The position numbers and the translations under genes are program-made. Shown here piece after piece: positions 29,196 through 38,478 of a stretch of 44,566 nucleotides of DNA. Under the pieces are notes generated by a model. The model had not been told where the DNA came from. It did no database searches and saw nothing but the letters and a program-made list of their open reading frames with translations. The DNA is from Gemmatimonas sp. (GTDB taxonomy: Bacteria; Gemmatimonadota; Gemmatimonadetes; Gemmatimonadales; Gemmatimonadaceae): the NCBI GenBank assembly GCA_031414535.1, contig JANNVQ010000039.1:1-44566 (forward strand), read 5' to 3'. Numbering within the stretch: the stretch's first letter is position 1; each line of letters starts with the position of its first letter.

Positions 29196-29345
29196 GGCGC
29201 GGTTGGCGCCACGGCTTCGGCACGCGTCGGAGCAGAACTTCACACTGTCCCAATCGCGCTCCCATTTTTTGCGCCAGACGAAGGGGCGCCCACAACTAAG
29301 GCAGTCCTTGCTCGGCAGCTCCGATTTCTTACGCATCTTGGCCAT
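29139..29345 (-). CDS. DUF2256 zinc-finger-like small protein
   Basis: '[38 protein letters not shown]' matches the DUF2256 signature. Its tail overlaps the MATE 3' end by 57 nt. Confidence 0.88.
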   Translation of the reverse strand: MAKMRKKSELPSKDCLSCGRPFVWRKKWERDWDSVKFCSDACRSRGANRASGGAEPPVALNLQKPKRK

Positions 29346-29456
29346 GCCCGAAAGAAAATCGGCGTTCGCAGTTGGGGCAATTCGCCTGCGCGTGTTGGAA
29401 CGCGTGGCGTTGTATCGGCGTTTAAGCCTCTCAACTCTTCGCTTCTGGAGCTTTTG

Positions 29457-29804
29457 ATGCACCGCACGCCCACAGACTTCGACGCCGTCACCATTCCGCC
29501 GTTCTCCGTCTACGACGGCATCGAAGGGCTTTGGCAGGACGACGACCGCTCGACGGATATGTGGTCTGGGTATTTTGCCGTCCGCGTGAACACGTGCCTT
29601 CGCATCACCCGCGAGCGCGTGCGCATCTTCCAGTGGCAGGTACAGGACGTGACGCCGCGCGGGAATGCCGCGGCGCTCGCTCGGGCAGCAGCCGAGTTGG
29701 CCGGTGCCGAGGCGGAACTGCGAGCCTTGGAGATCCGGCGCGACCTACTCGAAACCGCGCGCCAGAAAGACCGCTTCGCCCCGAAGACCTGGACCTGGGA
29801 ATAG
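29457..29804 (+). CDS. Hypothetical protein, 115 aa
   Basis: GGAG SD 6 nt before ATG 29457. Fills the gap between DUF2256 and LysR. Helical/coiled-coil C-terminal half; no recognised family. Confidence 0.6.
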   Translation: MHRTPTDFDAVTIPPFSVYDGIEGLWQDDDRSTDMWSGYFAVRVNTCLRITRERVRIFQWQVQDVTPRGNAAALARAAAELAGAEAELRALEIRRDLLETARQKDRFAPKTWTWE

Positions 29805-29822
29805 CTCGAGGCTGCCGAGGAC

Positions 29823-30734
29823 TCACTCCGGTGGGGCGAGCATCTCCTCGTCCCGCCGGTGCAGCAGCGAGCGCACAATAGGATGCACGAACTGCCGTCG
29901 CACCGTGACGGCAAAGAACTCCTCGTAGAGATCGGGCACCGTGCAGTACTCGTGTAGCGTGCCCCGCCGAAGTTCGTCGCGCACCACGACCGCCGGCACC
30001 AACGCTACTGCCTGCATGTCGCGGGCGAGCAGGCGCAACATTGCCATGTCATCCACCTCCGCCAGAATCGTCGGGCGAATGCCGGCGCGATCACAGAGCA
30101 CATCGAAGCCCGCCCGCACGTCGCTGTCACGGCTGGGGAGGATGAGCGGTACCTTGCCCACGTCTTCGGGGAAGCGAAAGGCACGCCCGCGCCGACGATG
30201 GCCCACGAGGCTCACCTGCTGCCGCGCGATGCGAAGACAGCGCCACGCGTGGTCGGCGTCCTCGTGGACGCGACGGTTGGCCAACACCACATCGAGGCTG
30301 TGACTGCGTAACTGACTCAGCAGTTCGCCGAGGCCGCCGGATTGCAGGACGAGACCAACACCCTCCACGCCGAAGAGCGGCGAGACGAAGGCGCGTTGGA
30401 AGTTGCGGGATAGCGTACTCACCGCACCGACGCGCACAACTTGGCGCGAGGCGCGCACGCCCTCGCGGAGCGTGGCGACGAGTTCCTGCCCTGCCCCGAC
30501 GATGGTCTCGGCGTAGGCGAGGGCGATGGTGCCCGCCTCGGTCAGCGTCAATTGCCGGCCCTGCCGATGGAAGAGCGGCTGGCCCACCTTGGCCTCAAGC
30601 TGACGGATTTGCGTGGAGAGCGCCGACTGCGAGACGCGCAGGTGCGCGGCGGCCCGCGTGAGATGCCCTTCCTTGGCCACCGCCCAGAAATACAGGAGAT
30701 GATGGTAGTTGAGGGCTGGCAGCTGTGATTTCAT
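29823..30734 (-). CDS. LysR family regulator, NhaR-like
   Basis: 'LNYHHLLYFWAVAKEG', 'VSQSALSTQIRQLE', 'EVDDMAMLRLLA'. Divergent from dabB. Confidence 0.92.
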   Translation of the reverse strand: MKSQLPALNYHHLLYFWAVAKEGHLTRAAAHLRVSQSALSTQIRQLEAKVGQPLFHRQGRQLTLTEAGTIALAYAETIVGAGQELVATLREGVRASRQVVRVGAVSTLSRNFQRAFVSPLFGVEGVGLVLQSGGLGELLSQLRSHSLDVVLANRRVHEDADHAWRCLRIARQQVSLVGHRRRGRAFRFPEDVGKVPLILPSRDSDVRAGFDVLCDRAGIRPTILAEVDDMAMLRLLARDMQAVALVPAVVVRDELRRGTLHEYCTVPDLYEEFFAVTVRRQFVHPIVRSLLHRRDEEMLAPPE

Positions 30735-30784
30735 AGTTCTGTTTTAATGAATGATTTCATATAAACTATGTATTTTACAGAACT
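30735..30784. promoter_or_regulatory. AT-rich divergent promoter with putative LysR boxes
   Basis: TTCTGTTTTAATGAA (30737-30751, TTC-N9-GAA containing T-N11-A) and a second inverted site ATGTATTTTACAGAA (30768-30782). AGTTCTGT/ACAGAACT inverted pair. Confidence 0.6.
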
Positions 30785-30827
30785 GCGGCCAGCCCCGAGA
30801 TTCCCCTCGTCCCTCTCCGGAGTCCTC

Positions 30828-32351
30828 GTGACCGATCTGACCGCCACCCCACTGACCCTTCTCGCCCCTGTCGCCCTCGCGGCAGGAGCCCTCGTCGCCC
30901 GGCTCCGTCCAGCCCACGCGTGGCGCCTCGGCCTCGGCCTCACCCTCGCTGCCCCCGTCCTCGCGCTCCTCGCCTTCCCCGCCCTCACAGCCGTCAGCCG
31001 CGTGATGCTCCTCCTCATCACGAGCATCGGCGCCGTCACACTCCGCTTCTCTGAACGCTATCTCGACGGCGAACGCGATACCGCCGCGTTCGTGCAATGG
31101 TTCCTCCTCACGCTCACCGGCGCCAGCCTCGTCGTCACCGCGCAAGACCTCGTGGTTCTGGCGCTCGGATGGACGCTGACCAGCCTCTCGCTGCACCAGC
31201 TCCTCACCTTCGGCGCGCCGCGTGCCGCCGCCGAGGTGGCCGCCCATAAGAAGTTTCTGCTCAGCCGACTCGCTGACCTCTCGATGTTGGCCGCCGTGGT
31301 GCTGCTCGCGCGCGCCTACGGCAGCACCGACATCGTCCGCATGCTCGACCAAGCACGGGACGGCGTGGCGCCGGCAGGTGCCAGCCTTGGGGCCATGTTC
31401 CTCGCGCTCACCGTCATTCTCCGCTCCGCACAGCTGCCGTTCCACGGCTGGCTCATTCAAGTGATGGAAGCGCCAACCCCAGTCAGCGCCCTCCTGCACG
31501 CTGGCGTGGTCAACCTTGGGGCCTATGTGCTCATCGCGCTCGCGCCGCTGATGCTGCTGGCCCCCGCGGCGCTCATCATGCTCCTCGCCTTTGGACTGCT
31601 CTCGGCCACGTTGGCCGCGCTCACTGCGCTCGCGCAGCCGAGCATCAAGGGTGCGCTCGCCTGGTCCACCTGCGCGCAGATGGGATTCGTGCTGGTGGAG
31701 ATCGGCGTCGGCGCCTTCGACCTCGCGCTGCTACACATCGCAGGACACGCTGCCTACAAGGCGCATGCCTTCCTCTCGTCCGGGTCAACGGTCGCACACG
31801 CGGCGCAGCGTCGGGCCGCGCGGCCACGCCCCTCGCTTCAGCGCTGGGCCATCAGCTTTCCGTTGGCAGCTGGATTGGTGTGGATGATGGCACCGCTAGG
31901 CCGCGATGTGATGAACCAGCCAGCCGCGCTGTTCGGTACGGCGCTTTTGGTGCTCGCCATCACCCCCGCCTTGGCCACCGCACCATTCGGCCGCGGCCTG
32001 CGAGCACTCTGGCCCACGGCGGCCATCGTCGCGGGACTCCCGCTCCTCTACGCCATGTGGCACGCCATGCTCTCGCCGCTCACGTCCGTTGCAACGCAGA
32101 GCGCAATCGCCGCGTGGGCGCCTTGGTTGGCCGCTGCCGCCCTCGGCGCGCTCCTCGCCACCTATGCCGTCGTTACCTCCGCCGCGCAGGGTGCCGTGGC
32201 GAAGGCTTTGTACCCGCACGCCATCGCTGGATTCCATCTTGATGCAGTCTTCACGCGCCTGACCTTCTGGGTCTGGCCGCCCAGCATCACGCCGCGAGCC
32301 TTGCGCGCAGCTCCCGAGCGCGCCCGCCTGCGCTTGGAGCGTGCAGCGTGA
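30828..32351 (+). CDS. dabB: DabB/MpsA-like NuoL-type membrane subunit of an inorganic carbon pump
   Basis: 'SLHQLL', 'AAHKKFLLSRLAD', 'SAQLPFHGWLIQVMEAPTPVSALLHAGVVNLG', 'AWSTCAQMGF', 'HAAYKAHAFL'. Overlaps the DUF2309 gene (GTGA). Confidence 0.9.
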   Translation: MTDLTATPLTLLAPVALAAGALVARLRPAHAWRLGLGLTLAAPVLALLAFPALTAVSRVMLLLITSIGAVTLRFSERYLDGERDTAAFVQWFLLTLTGASLVVTAQDLVVLALGWTLTSLSLHQLLTFGAPRAAAEVAAHKKFLLSRLADLSMLAAVVLLARAYGSTDIVRMLDQARDGVAPAGASLGAMFLALTVILRSAQLPFHGWLIQVMEAPTPVSALLHAGVVNLGAYVLIALAPLMLLAPAALIMLLAFGLLSATLAALTALAQPSIKGALAWSTCAQMGFVLVEIGVGAFDLALLHIAGHAAYKAHAFLSSGSTVAHAAQRRAARPRPSLQRWAISFPLAAGLVWMMAPLGRDVMNQPAALFGTALLVLAITPALATAPFGRGLRALWPTAAIVAGLPLLYAMWHAMLSPLTSVATQSAIAAWAPWLAAAALGALLATYAVVTSAAQGAVAKALYPHAIAGFHLDAVFTRLTFWVWPPSITPRALRAAPERARLRLERAA

Positions 32352-34861
32352 CCGCCACCACCATTCCGAGCAACGTGCGCAGCAACGAGCGCAGCAACGA
32401 GCGCAGCAACGTGCGCGCCGCCGTCGAAGCGGCCTGCGCGAAGATTGCGCCAGCGTGGCCTCTCGATCGAATGATTGCGGTGAATCCGTACTGGGGATGG
32501 ACCGCACGTCCGGTACACGAGGCCGCAGCGGAACTCGGCGCACTTGCAGGCGCGCCGTTCCTGATGCCGCGTGCCTGGTACCGACAGCAGCAGGAAGCCG
32601 GTGCAATTCCTCGTGAGGCCATCGAGCGGGCACTCGTCCGCAGCGCCTCACACCAGAGCGTGCAGGAGGTGTTCACGGAGATGGCGAATGAGGCCGCCAC
32701 CTTGCCGCGTCATCCCGTTATCAGCGACCTCCGCGATGAACTGCGTGACCCGCTGCGCGAAGCCACGTGGCAGGATCACATTCTCCAACAGATGGGCTTG
32801 AGCTGCGCCGCCTTCTTTGACCGTAGCCAAGCCACGTGGCAAGCTGATGTATCGCAAGGCTTCTACGCCTTCTGGCGTTCCCTCGCCGCATCGGACACCT
32901 CGCCGCAGCTCTTGCTCGGAGATCGCGGGGTGCGCATCGCCATCGCCGAGCTTCCCGACAGCCCAGAGGCGCTCTTCAGCGAAGCCGTGGAGACACTGGC
33001 GCTTCCGCGGGCCGCACAGGAGCAGTACCTGACGGCCCTCCTCATGCGCATCGGAGGGTGGGCGAGTCACGCGGCGTTTCGACGCTGGGAAGCACGTCTG
33101 CAGGGCAGCGATGACGGAAGCATCGAGGACATCCTCGCAGTGCGTCTCGGGTGGGAGTTGGCACTGTATAGAAGCGCCACGGGTACGGACCTGCCCACGC
33201 GCTGGACGCGCGCCCGTCGCGAATGGCAGGTGAAAGCGACCGAAGTCACAGCCGCGCAGTCGCCTGACTGGGTCATGCAGCGTGCCTTCGAGTCTCGCTA
33301 TCAGGACAAGCTGGCTGCCGCACTCGTGTGGCATCCCTCCCTGCGGCATGCCAGCACGGGTAGCAAGGCTCCGGCCACCGTATCCGCGCAGGCGGTGTTC
33401 TGCATTGACGTGCGCAGCGAAGTCTTGCGTCGGCATCTTGAAGAGGTCTCGGGCAGTGTACACACGCTCGGCTTTGCCGGCTTCTTTGGCTTGCCCATCG
33501 CGTATGAGTCCTTGGCGGGCGAACGTCGTCCGCAGCTCCCAGGCTTGCTCGCGGCTTCGCTCACGGCTAGCGATGATGAAGCCGAAGGGAGCGCCGCGCG
33601 CGAATCGGTGCGGCAACAGCACGCTGCGGCGCAGCAATGGGAGCGCGTCACCGGCGCGGCGCCCACCACCTACCCAATGGTGGAGACCACCGGCCTCGCG
33701 TCGGCTGTGAAGCTTGCGTTGGCAAGCTTCGAACCCACGCGCCCCAACGGCGATCCGCTACGCGAAGGCCGAGACAATCCCGCACTCGGTGTGGCCCCCA
33801 CGCTGCTCCGCACCCAAGATGGCCAAGCGCTCAGCGACGAAGCACGCGTCGCACTGGCGCTTGGCATCCTCCGCGGGATGTCGCTGGTCGCAGGCTTCGC
33901 GCCCTTGGTGGCACTGGTGGGCCACGGGTCGTTCGTCACCAACAATCCCCAGGCCGCGGGACTGGCCTGCGGCGCCTGCGGCGGTCAGTCCGGCGAAGTA
34001 AACGCGCGTGTTGCCGCGGCGCTCATCAACGATCCGAAGGTGCGGGAAGGACTGCGCGCCGCCGGCCTTGAGATCCCGCTCGAGACACGATTCATCGCGG
34101 CGGTACATGACACCACCACTGACGACGTGTTGTTCTTTCCCGACGCGCACACCGAGGAATCGCACGCTGACGAACTCGCCGAGTTGAAGTCGATGTTCGC
34201 GCGAGCCTCACAGCGCGTGCGGCTCGAACGTTCGTCCCGTCTCGGTTCCGTCCCCAAAGATCCGAACGCACTTGCCGAGTCGTTGCGCCATCGCGCAGCG
34301 GATTGGTCGGAGCTGAGGCCGGAGTGGGCATTGGCCGGCAACGCGGCGTTTATCGCGGCGCCGCGCAGTCGCTCGCGCGCATTAGAGCTCAAGGGCCGCG
34401 CCTTCCTGCACGAGTATGATTGCCGCCGGGACGCGTCGGGCGCGGTGCTCGAGGGCATTCTCACCGCACCGATGGTCGTGGCGCACTGGATTAACTTTCA
34501 GTATTGGGCGTCCACAGTGGACCCCATGCACTTCGGCAGCGGCGACAAGACGCGGCACAATGTGGTAGGCGGCACGATTGGCGTAGTGGAAGGCGCGGGC
34601 GGCGATTTGCGCATCGGCCTCGCCCAGCAATCCGTGCACAATGGCCAGGCCTTCGTGCACGAGCCCATGCGCTTGGCCGTCTATGTTGAGGCCACCGCGG
34701 AGAGCATTGATGCCATCATCGCACGGCACGCGACTGTGCAACAGCTGGTGGAAGGCGAGTGGCTCTTCCTCTACCGCATTGACCCCGATGATGCGGGGGC
34801 GTTCTTGCGCAACCGAAGTGGCTGGGAGCCGGTGTCGGCTGGCGCCGCGAGTCGCTGGTAA
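32348..34861 (+). CDS. dabA: DabA/MpsB (DUF2309) beta-carbonic-anhydrase-like subunit
   Basis: 'IAPAWPLDRMIAVNP', FCIDVRSE, GFAGFFG, GHGS, CGACGG, HDTTTD, 'DWSELRPEWALAGNAAFI', 'GSGDKTRHNV', 'HEPMRL'. The C/D/H/C zinc ligand set is present. Confidence 0.94.
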   Translation: MTATTIPSNVRSNERSNERSNVRAAVEAACAKIAPAWPLDRMIAVNPYWGWTARPVHEAAAELGALAGAPFLMPRAWYRQQQEAGAIPREAIERALVRSASHQSVQEVFTEMANEAATLPRHPVISDLRDELRDPLREATWQDHILQQMGLSCAAFFDRSQATWQADVSQGFYAFWRSLAASDTSPQLLLGDRGVRIAIAELPDSPEALFSEAVETLALPRAAQEQYLTALLMRIGGWASHAAFRRWEARLQGSDDGSIEDILAVRLGWELALYRSATGTDLPTRWTRARREWQVKATEVTAAQSPDWVMQRAFESRYQDKLAAALVWHPSLRHASTGSKAPATVSAQAVFCIDVRSEVLRRHLEEVSGSVHTLGFAGFFGLPIAYESLAGERRPQLPGLLAASLTASDDEAEGSAARESVRQQHAAAQQWERVTGAAPTTYPMVETTGLASAVKLALASFEPTRPNGDPLREGRDNPALGVAPTLLRTQDGQALSDEARVALALGILRGMSLVAGFAPLVALVGHGSFVTNNPQAAGLACGACGGQSGEVNARVAAALINDPKVREGLRAAGLEIPLETRFIAAVHDTTTDDVLFFPDAHTEESHADELAELKSMFARASQRVRLERSSRLGSVPKDPNALAESLRHRAADWSELRPEWALAGNAAFIAAPRSRSRALELKGRAFLHEYDCRRDASGAVLEGILTAPMVVAHWINFQYWASTVDPMHFGSGDKTRHNVVGGTIGVVEGAGGDLRIGLAQQSVHNGQAFVHEPMRLAVYVEATAESIDAIIARHATVQQLVEGEWLFLYRIDPDDAGAFLRNRSGWEPVSAGAASRW
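32369..32416 (+). repeat. In-frame 12-bp tandem repeat x4 in the dabA 5' end
   Basis: AGCAACG(T/A)GCGC x4, encoding SNVR-SNER-SNER-SNVR. Confidence 0.9.
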
Positions 34862-34891
34862 GGCGACGGCGCGGCGCCCCACCGGGAAGAA

Positions 34892-35269
34892 CTAGGGCTG
34901 GCGCTTGCCCGTAAAGCTGGCGCCACCCATTCCCGCGAAGTCCACACTGCCGTTCAGGCTGTCCGTACCGATGATGCGCGCGGTGTAGGTGAGCACGACG
35001 CCCTCGCCTGCTCCGCTTGCCGACAAGGTGAACGCGAGCGTGTCGCCGCGCACCGTACCGCTGATGGTTCGATTGCCCATCGCATTGGAGGTGTACGTCC
35101 CGGTGATCTTCTCACCCTCCTGCTTGAGCTCAAGCGTGGGGTAACCCGTGCCGTTGTCGGTTACGACGGCGAGCATCCAACGTCCGCTGAGATCGTGGAG
35201 GACGGCGGCGGTGGCGGTAGTGGCAAGTGCCGCAAGGACAAGTACGGCGGCGAGTAGGCGACGGGACAT
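34892..35269 (-). CDS. Small secreted beta-rich hypothetical protein
   Basis: AAGGAG SD, signal peptide MSRRLLAAVLVLAALATTATA, and 'DLSGRWML...LKQEGEKITGTY...GTVRGDTLAF...FTGKR'. Confidence 0.8.
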   Translation of the reverse strand: MSRRLLAAVLVLAALATTATAAVLHDLSGRWMLAVVTDNGTGYPTLELKQEGEKITGTYTSNAMGNRTISGTVRGDTLAFTLSASGAGEGVVLTYTARIIGTDSLNGSVDFAGMGGASFTGKRQP

Positions 35270-35279
35270 TGACATCTCC

Positions 35280-35903
35280 TTACTTGGGGAGCGTTGGTCG
35301 TTCGAGCGTGAACGTGACGTCGGGCGTGATGTGCGCCCATTCAGTACGGCCCATGCGCGCGGCCGGATGGACCTTGGCGGTATCGGGAAAGCCATCCGCG
35401 GCCAACATCTCGTCGCGGACGTACAGATGTAACACCTCACCGATCACCCAAGTGCCATGCTGCGGCCCCGAGCCGTGCGGGACGGCTTGAAACAAGCAGC
35501 ATTCGAGTGCGGCGGGCGCCTCGAGCACGCGCGGAGGCTTCACCGCTTTACTGGGCGCGCGGGTAAATCCCGTCACGTCAAACTCGTCTACGTCAAAGGG
35601 ATAGGGCGCCGAGGAGAGGTTGACGCGTTCGGCCATCTCCCGTGAGACGATGTTGATGACAAACTCGCCGGTCTCCACAATGTTGCGGAGTGTGTCCTTC
35701 GGCTTGCCCTCGCGGTCAGCGATGGGACAAAACGCCACCGACTGCGGCTGCTGCCCACCCATCGCGAAAAACGAGAAGGGCGCGAGGTTGCCGATGCCGC
35801 CCGCGCTCATGGTGCTCACGAACGCGATCGGCCGAGGCGCGATTAGCGGCGCGAGCCAGTGATGCCGCTCTCGAGGAGCGATGGAGTCGAGGCTGAGTTC
35901 CAT
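35280..35903 (-). CDS. Flavin reductase-like FMN-binding protein
   Basis: 'PRPIAFVST...NLAPFSFF', 'KDTLRNIVETGEFVINIV', 'KPPRVLEAPAALEC'. Confidence 0.9.
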   Translation of the reverse strand: MELSLDSIAPRERHHWLAPLIAPRPIAFVSTMSAGGIGNLAPFSFFAMGGQQPQSVAFCPIADREGKPKDTLRNIVETGEFVINIVSREMAERVNLSSAPYPFDVDEFDVTGFTRAPSKAVKPPRVLEAPAALECCLFQAVPHGSGPQHGTWVIGEVLHLYVRDEMLAADGFPDTAKVHPAARMGRTEWAHITPDVTFTLERPTLPK

Positions 35904-35916
35904 GTGATTCAAATGA

Positions 35917-35969
35917 GGACGGATGACGGACGCTGTGCGGTTTGCATCCGTCATCCGTCAAGCGTCCAC
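35917..35969. repeat. GGATGAC-heptamer inverted repeat
   Basis: Perfect 13-bp IR GACGGATGACGGA (35918-35930) / TCCGTCATCCGTC (35947-35959). A related copy lies at 44455-44509. Confidence 0.75.
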
Positions 35970-35972
35970 AAC

Positions 35973-37154
35973 TCAGCTAGTTGGCGGCGAGAATCCCTGC
36001 CCCGGCTCAATCCAGCTGAACATGTACTTCCCATCCTCGTATGGCAGTATCGCCTTCGCCACCTTGAGCGGCTTGAACGAATCCATCATCACGGCGAGCT
36101 CGTTGGTGTGCGTCTGGCCGATGCTGGCTTCGTAGCGGCCCGGGTGCGGGCCGTGGGGAATACCATCGGGATGATGCGTGATGCTCCCGTACTCAATCCC
36201 CTTACGACTCATAAACTCGCTCGACGCGTAGAAGAGCACTTCGTCCGAGTCTACATTCGAATGGTTGTAGGGCGCGGGAATCGCCTGCGGATGAAAATCA
36301 TAGGGCCGCGGGCAGAACGAGCAGATGACGAAGCCATCGCCTTGGAAGGTCTGATGCACTGGCGGCGGCTGATGCACGCGTCCGACAATGGGCTCGAAGT
36401 CGTGGATGTTGAAGGCCCAGGGATAGAACTGGCCGTCCCAGCCTACTACGTCGAGTGGGTGATGATCGAGCACAATCTCATTGAGCCCGTTGTACTGCTT
36501 GACGATTATGGGAAAGTCGCCCTTCTCGTCATACGTCTTCAATTCACGAGGGACGCGGATGTCGCGCTCTGAGTAGGGTGCGCCTTCCACCATCTGGCCG
36601 ACGTTGTTGAGGTAGCGCTTGGGCGGCCGCACATGCCCGCGCGACTCCATCACCAGTAGCTTGGCGGGTTTGGTGAACTTGTAGCGATGCAGGATGTGGC
36701 GATGGATGACGAGATAATCGCCTGGTACGATGGGCAGATCGCCGTACTGCGTCTCCAGCGTGCCCTCGCCCTCGGCCACGTAGACGACTTCGTCGCCCTG
36801 CGCATTTCTATAGAAGTGCTCGTCCTGCTTATCTGGCGCCACGTAGAGCATGGCGATGTCGTCGTTGAACAGGAACGGCACGCGGTCGAGCGTCGGCGAA
36901 CCGCCACGGGCGATTTGCGCGGTGCGAAAGTGCCGGTGCTTGAGCGTCTTGTCCGTATCGGCCTCGTACGGCGTCTCGCGCAGGCGGCGCGCCGACTTCA
37001 CCGTCGTAGGCGGATGGATGTGATACAGCAACGCCGCTGGCCCGGTGAAACCTTCGATGCCAACCAACTGCTCGTTGTAGATGCCGCCTTCAGGCTTCGG
37101 GAACGCGATGTGCCGCTTTCGCGGAATCTTGCCGAGGGTGTGGTAGAACGGCAT
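35973..37154 (-). CDS. hmgA: Homogentisate 1,2-dioxygenase
   Basis: 'MPFYHTLGKIPRKRH', 'HHPLDVVGWDG', 'HQPPPVH', 'PYNHSNVDSDEVLFY', 'HGPHPG', 'ELAVMMD'. Confidence 0.95.
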   Translation of the reverse strand: MPFYHTLGKIPRKRHIAFPKPEGGIYNEQLVGIEGFTGPAALLYHIHPPTTVKSARRLRETPYEADTDKTLKHRHFRTAQIARGGSPTLDRVPFLFNDDIAMLYVAPDKQDEHFYRNAQGDEVVYVAEGEGTLETQYGDLPIVPGDYLVIHRHILHRYKFTKPAKLLVMESRGHVRPPKRYLNNVGQMVEGAPYSERDIRVPRELKTYDEKGDFPIIVKQYNGLNEIVLDHHPLDVVGWDGQFYPWAFNIHDFEPIVGRVHQPPPVHQTFQGDGFVICSFCPRPYDFHPQAIPAPYNHSNVDSDEVLFYASSEFMSRKGIEYGSITHHPDGIPHGPHPGRYEASIGQTHTNELAVMMDSFKPLKVAKAILPYEDGKYMFSWIEPGQGFSPPTS

Positions 37155-38275
37155 TAGAGATTGCCTCGCTTGTCCTGCTCGCGCTCGATGCTCTCAAACA
37201 GTGCCTTGAAGTTGCCAGCACCAAAACTCTTGGCGCCCTTTCGCTGAATGATCTCAAAAAAGAGAGTGGGGCGATCCTGCACGGGCTTTGTGAAGATCTG
37301 CAGCAGGTAGCCTTCATCGTCGCGATCCACAAGAATGCCGAGTTCGGCGAGCGGCGCGATGTCTTCATCAATCTTGCCGACGCGGTCGAGCACGGTCTCG
37401 TAATAGCTCCGCGGAATAGAAAGAAACTCCACGCCGCGGCTCTTGAGCGCGCGCACCGTCTTGATAATGTCGTCCGTCGCGACGGCGATATGCTGCACAC
37501 CTGGGCCGCGATAGAAATCGAGATACTCCTCAATCTGCGACTTCTTCTTGCCCGAGGCCGGTTCGTTGATGGGGAACTTGATGCGACCATTGCCGTTCGA
37601 CATCACCTTCGACATCAAGGCCGAATACTCGGTGGAGATGGTCTTGTCGTCGAAGGAAAGCAGGTTGTAGAAGCCCAGCACGTCAGAGTAGAACTGCACC
37701 CAGTGGTTCATCTTGCCGAGTTCCACGTTACCGACGCAATGGTCTACGTACTTGAGACCCACGCTCTCCGGCTGAAACGGCGAATCTGCGGCCACGAAGC
37801 CCGGCAGGAAGAGTCCCTTGTAGTTCTTCCGCTCCACGATGGAGTGGATAGTGTCGCCGTAGGTGCGGATACCGGCGATGATGACTTCGCCATGCGCATC
37901 CTTCATCACCGTGGGCTCCTGCACACTCACTGCACCGCGCGCGATGGCCTTGGCGTACGCGTCTCGCGCATCGTCCACCCAGAAGGCCATGTCGCGCACG
38001 CCGTCGCCGTGCTTGGTGATGTGCGCTGCAATTTCGCCTTCGGGCCCCATGGGCGTTGTGAGCACGAGGCGGATTTTGTCCTGCTCAAGCAGATACGACG
38101 CGCGGTCCCGCACCCCCGTCTCCGGCCCACGGTAGGCCACCAGCTGAAAGCCAAACGCCGCGCGATAAAACAGCTGCGTCTGCTTGGCATTGCCCACCCA
38201 GAACTCGATGTAGTCCGTGCCGTTAATGGGGAAGGTGTCGTGGGCGACGGACGGGGCGGGCGCGGTGGCGGTCAT
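37154..38275 (-). CDS. hppD: 4-hydroxyphenylpyruvate dioxygenase
   Basis: 'DHCVGNV', 'SQIEEYL...GPGVQHIA', 'GYLLQIFTKP..DRPTLFFEIIQR..FGAGNFKALFESIE'. Confidence 0.97.
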   Translation of the reverse strand: MTATAPAPSVAHDTFPINGTDYIEFWVGNAKQTQLFYRAAFGFQLVAYRGPETGVRDRASYLLEQDKIRLVLTTPMGPEGEIAAHITKHGDGVRDMAFWVDDARDAYAKAIARGAVSVQEPTVMKDAHGEVIIAGIRTYGDTIHSIVERKNYKGLFLPGFVAADSPFQPESVGLKYVDHCVGNVELGKMNHWVQFYSDVLGFYNLLSFDDKTISTEYSALMSKVMSNGNGRIKFPINEPASGKKKSQIEEYLDFYRGPGVQHIAVATDDIIKTVRALKSRGVEFLSIPRSYYETVLDRVGKIDEDIAPLAELGILVDRDDEGYLLQIFTKPVQDRPTLFFEIIQRKGAKSFGAGNFKALFESIEREQDKRGNL

Positions 38276-38322
38276 TGGGAGGCTCCTGTACGAGGACGTG
38301 TGCTACAATAGAAGAATATAAA

Positions 38323-38478
38323 GAGCGAAGAGCGACAAGTGAGGAGCGAAGTATTGAAGAGCGAAGAAAGGGAGGAAAAGAAGGGATGAAGGAGAAGGTT
38401 GAATCTTTCCCTTCGTCCCTTGGGCCCTTCCTTACCTTGCTTTTCCTGACTTCGCTTTTCACTTGTCGCTCTTCGCTC
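38323..38478. repeat. 156-bp imperfect palindrome of the GAAGAGC-heptamer family
   Basis: Perfect 20-bp terminal IR GAGCGAAGAGCGACAAGTGA / TCACTTGTCGCTCTTCGCTC, with pairing continuing to a centre near 38401. The right arm overlaps the end of the ligase gene. Confidence 0.85.

Noticed and set aside
30828..32351. NADH dehydrogenase subunit L or Mrp antiporter
   Set aside because: No other nuo or mrp genes are nearby. It is coupled to DUF2309 and carries DabB-type motifs.
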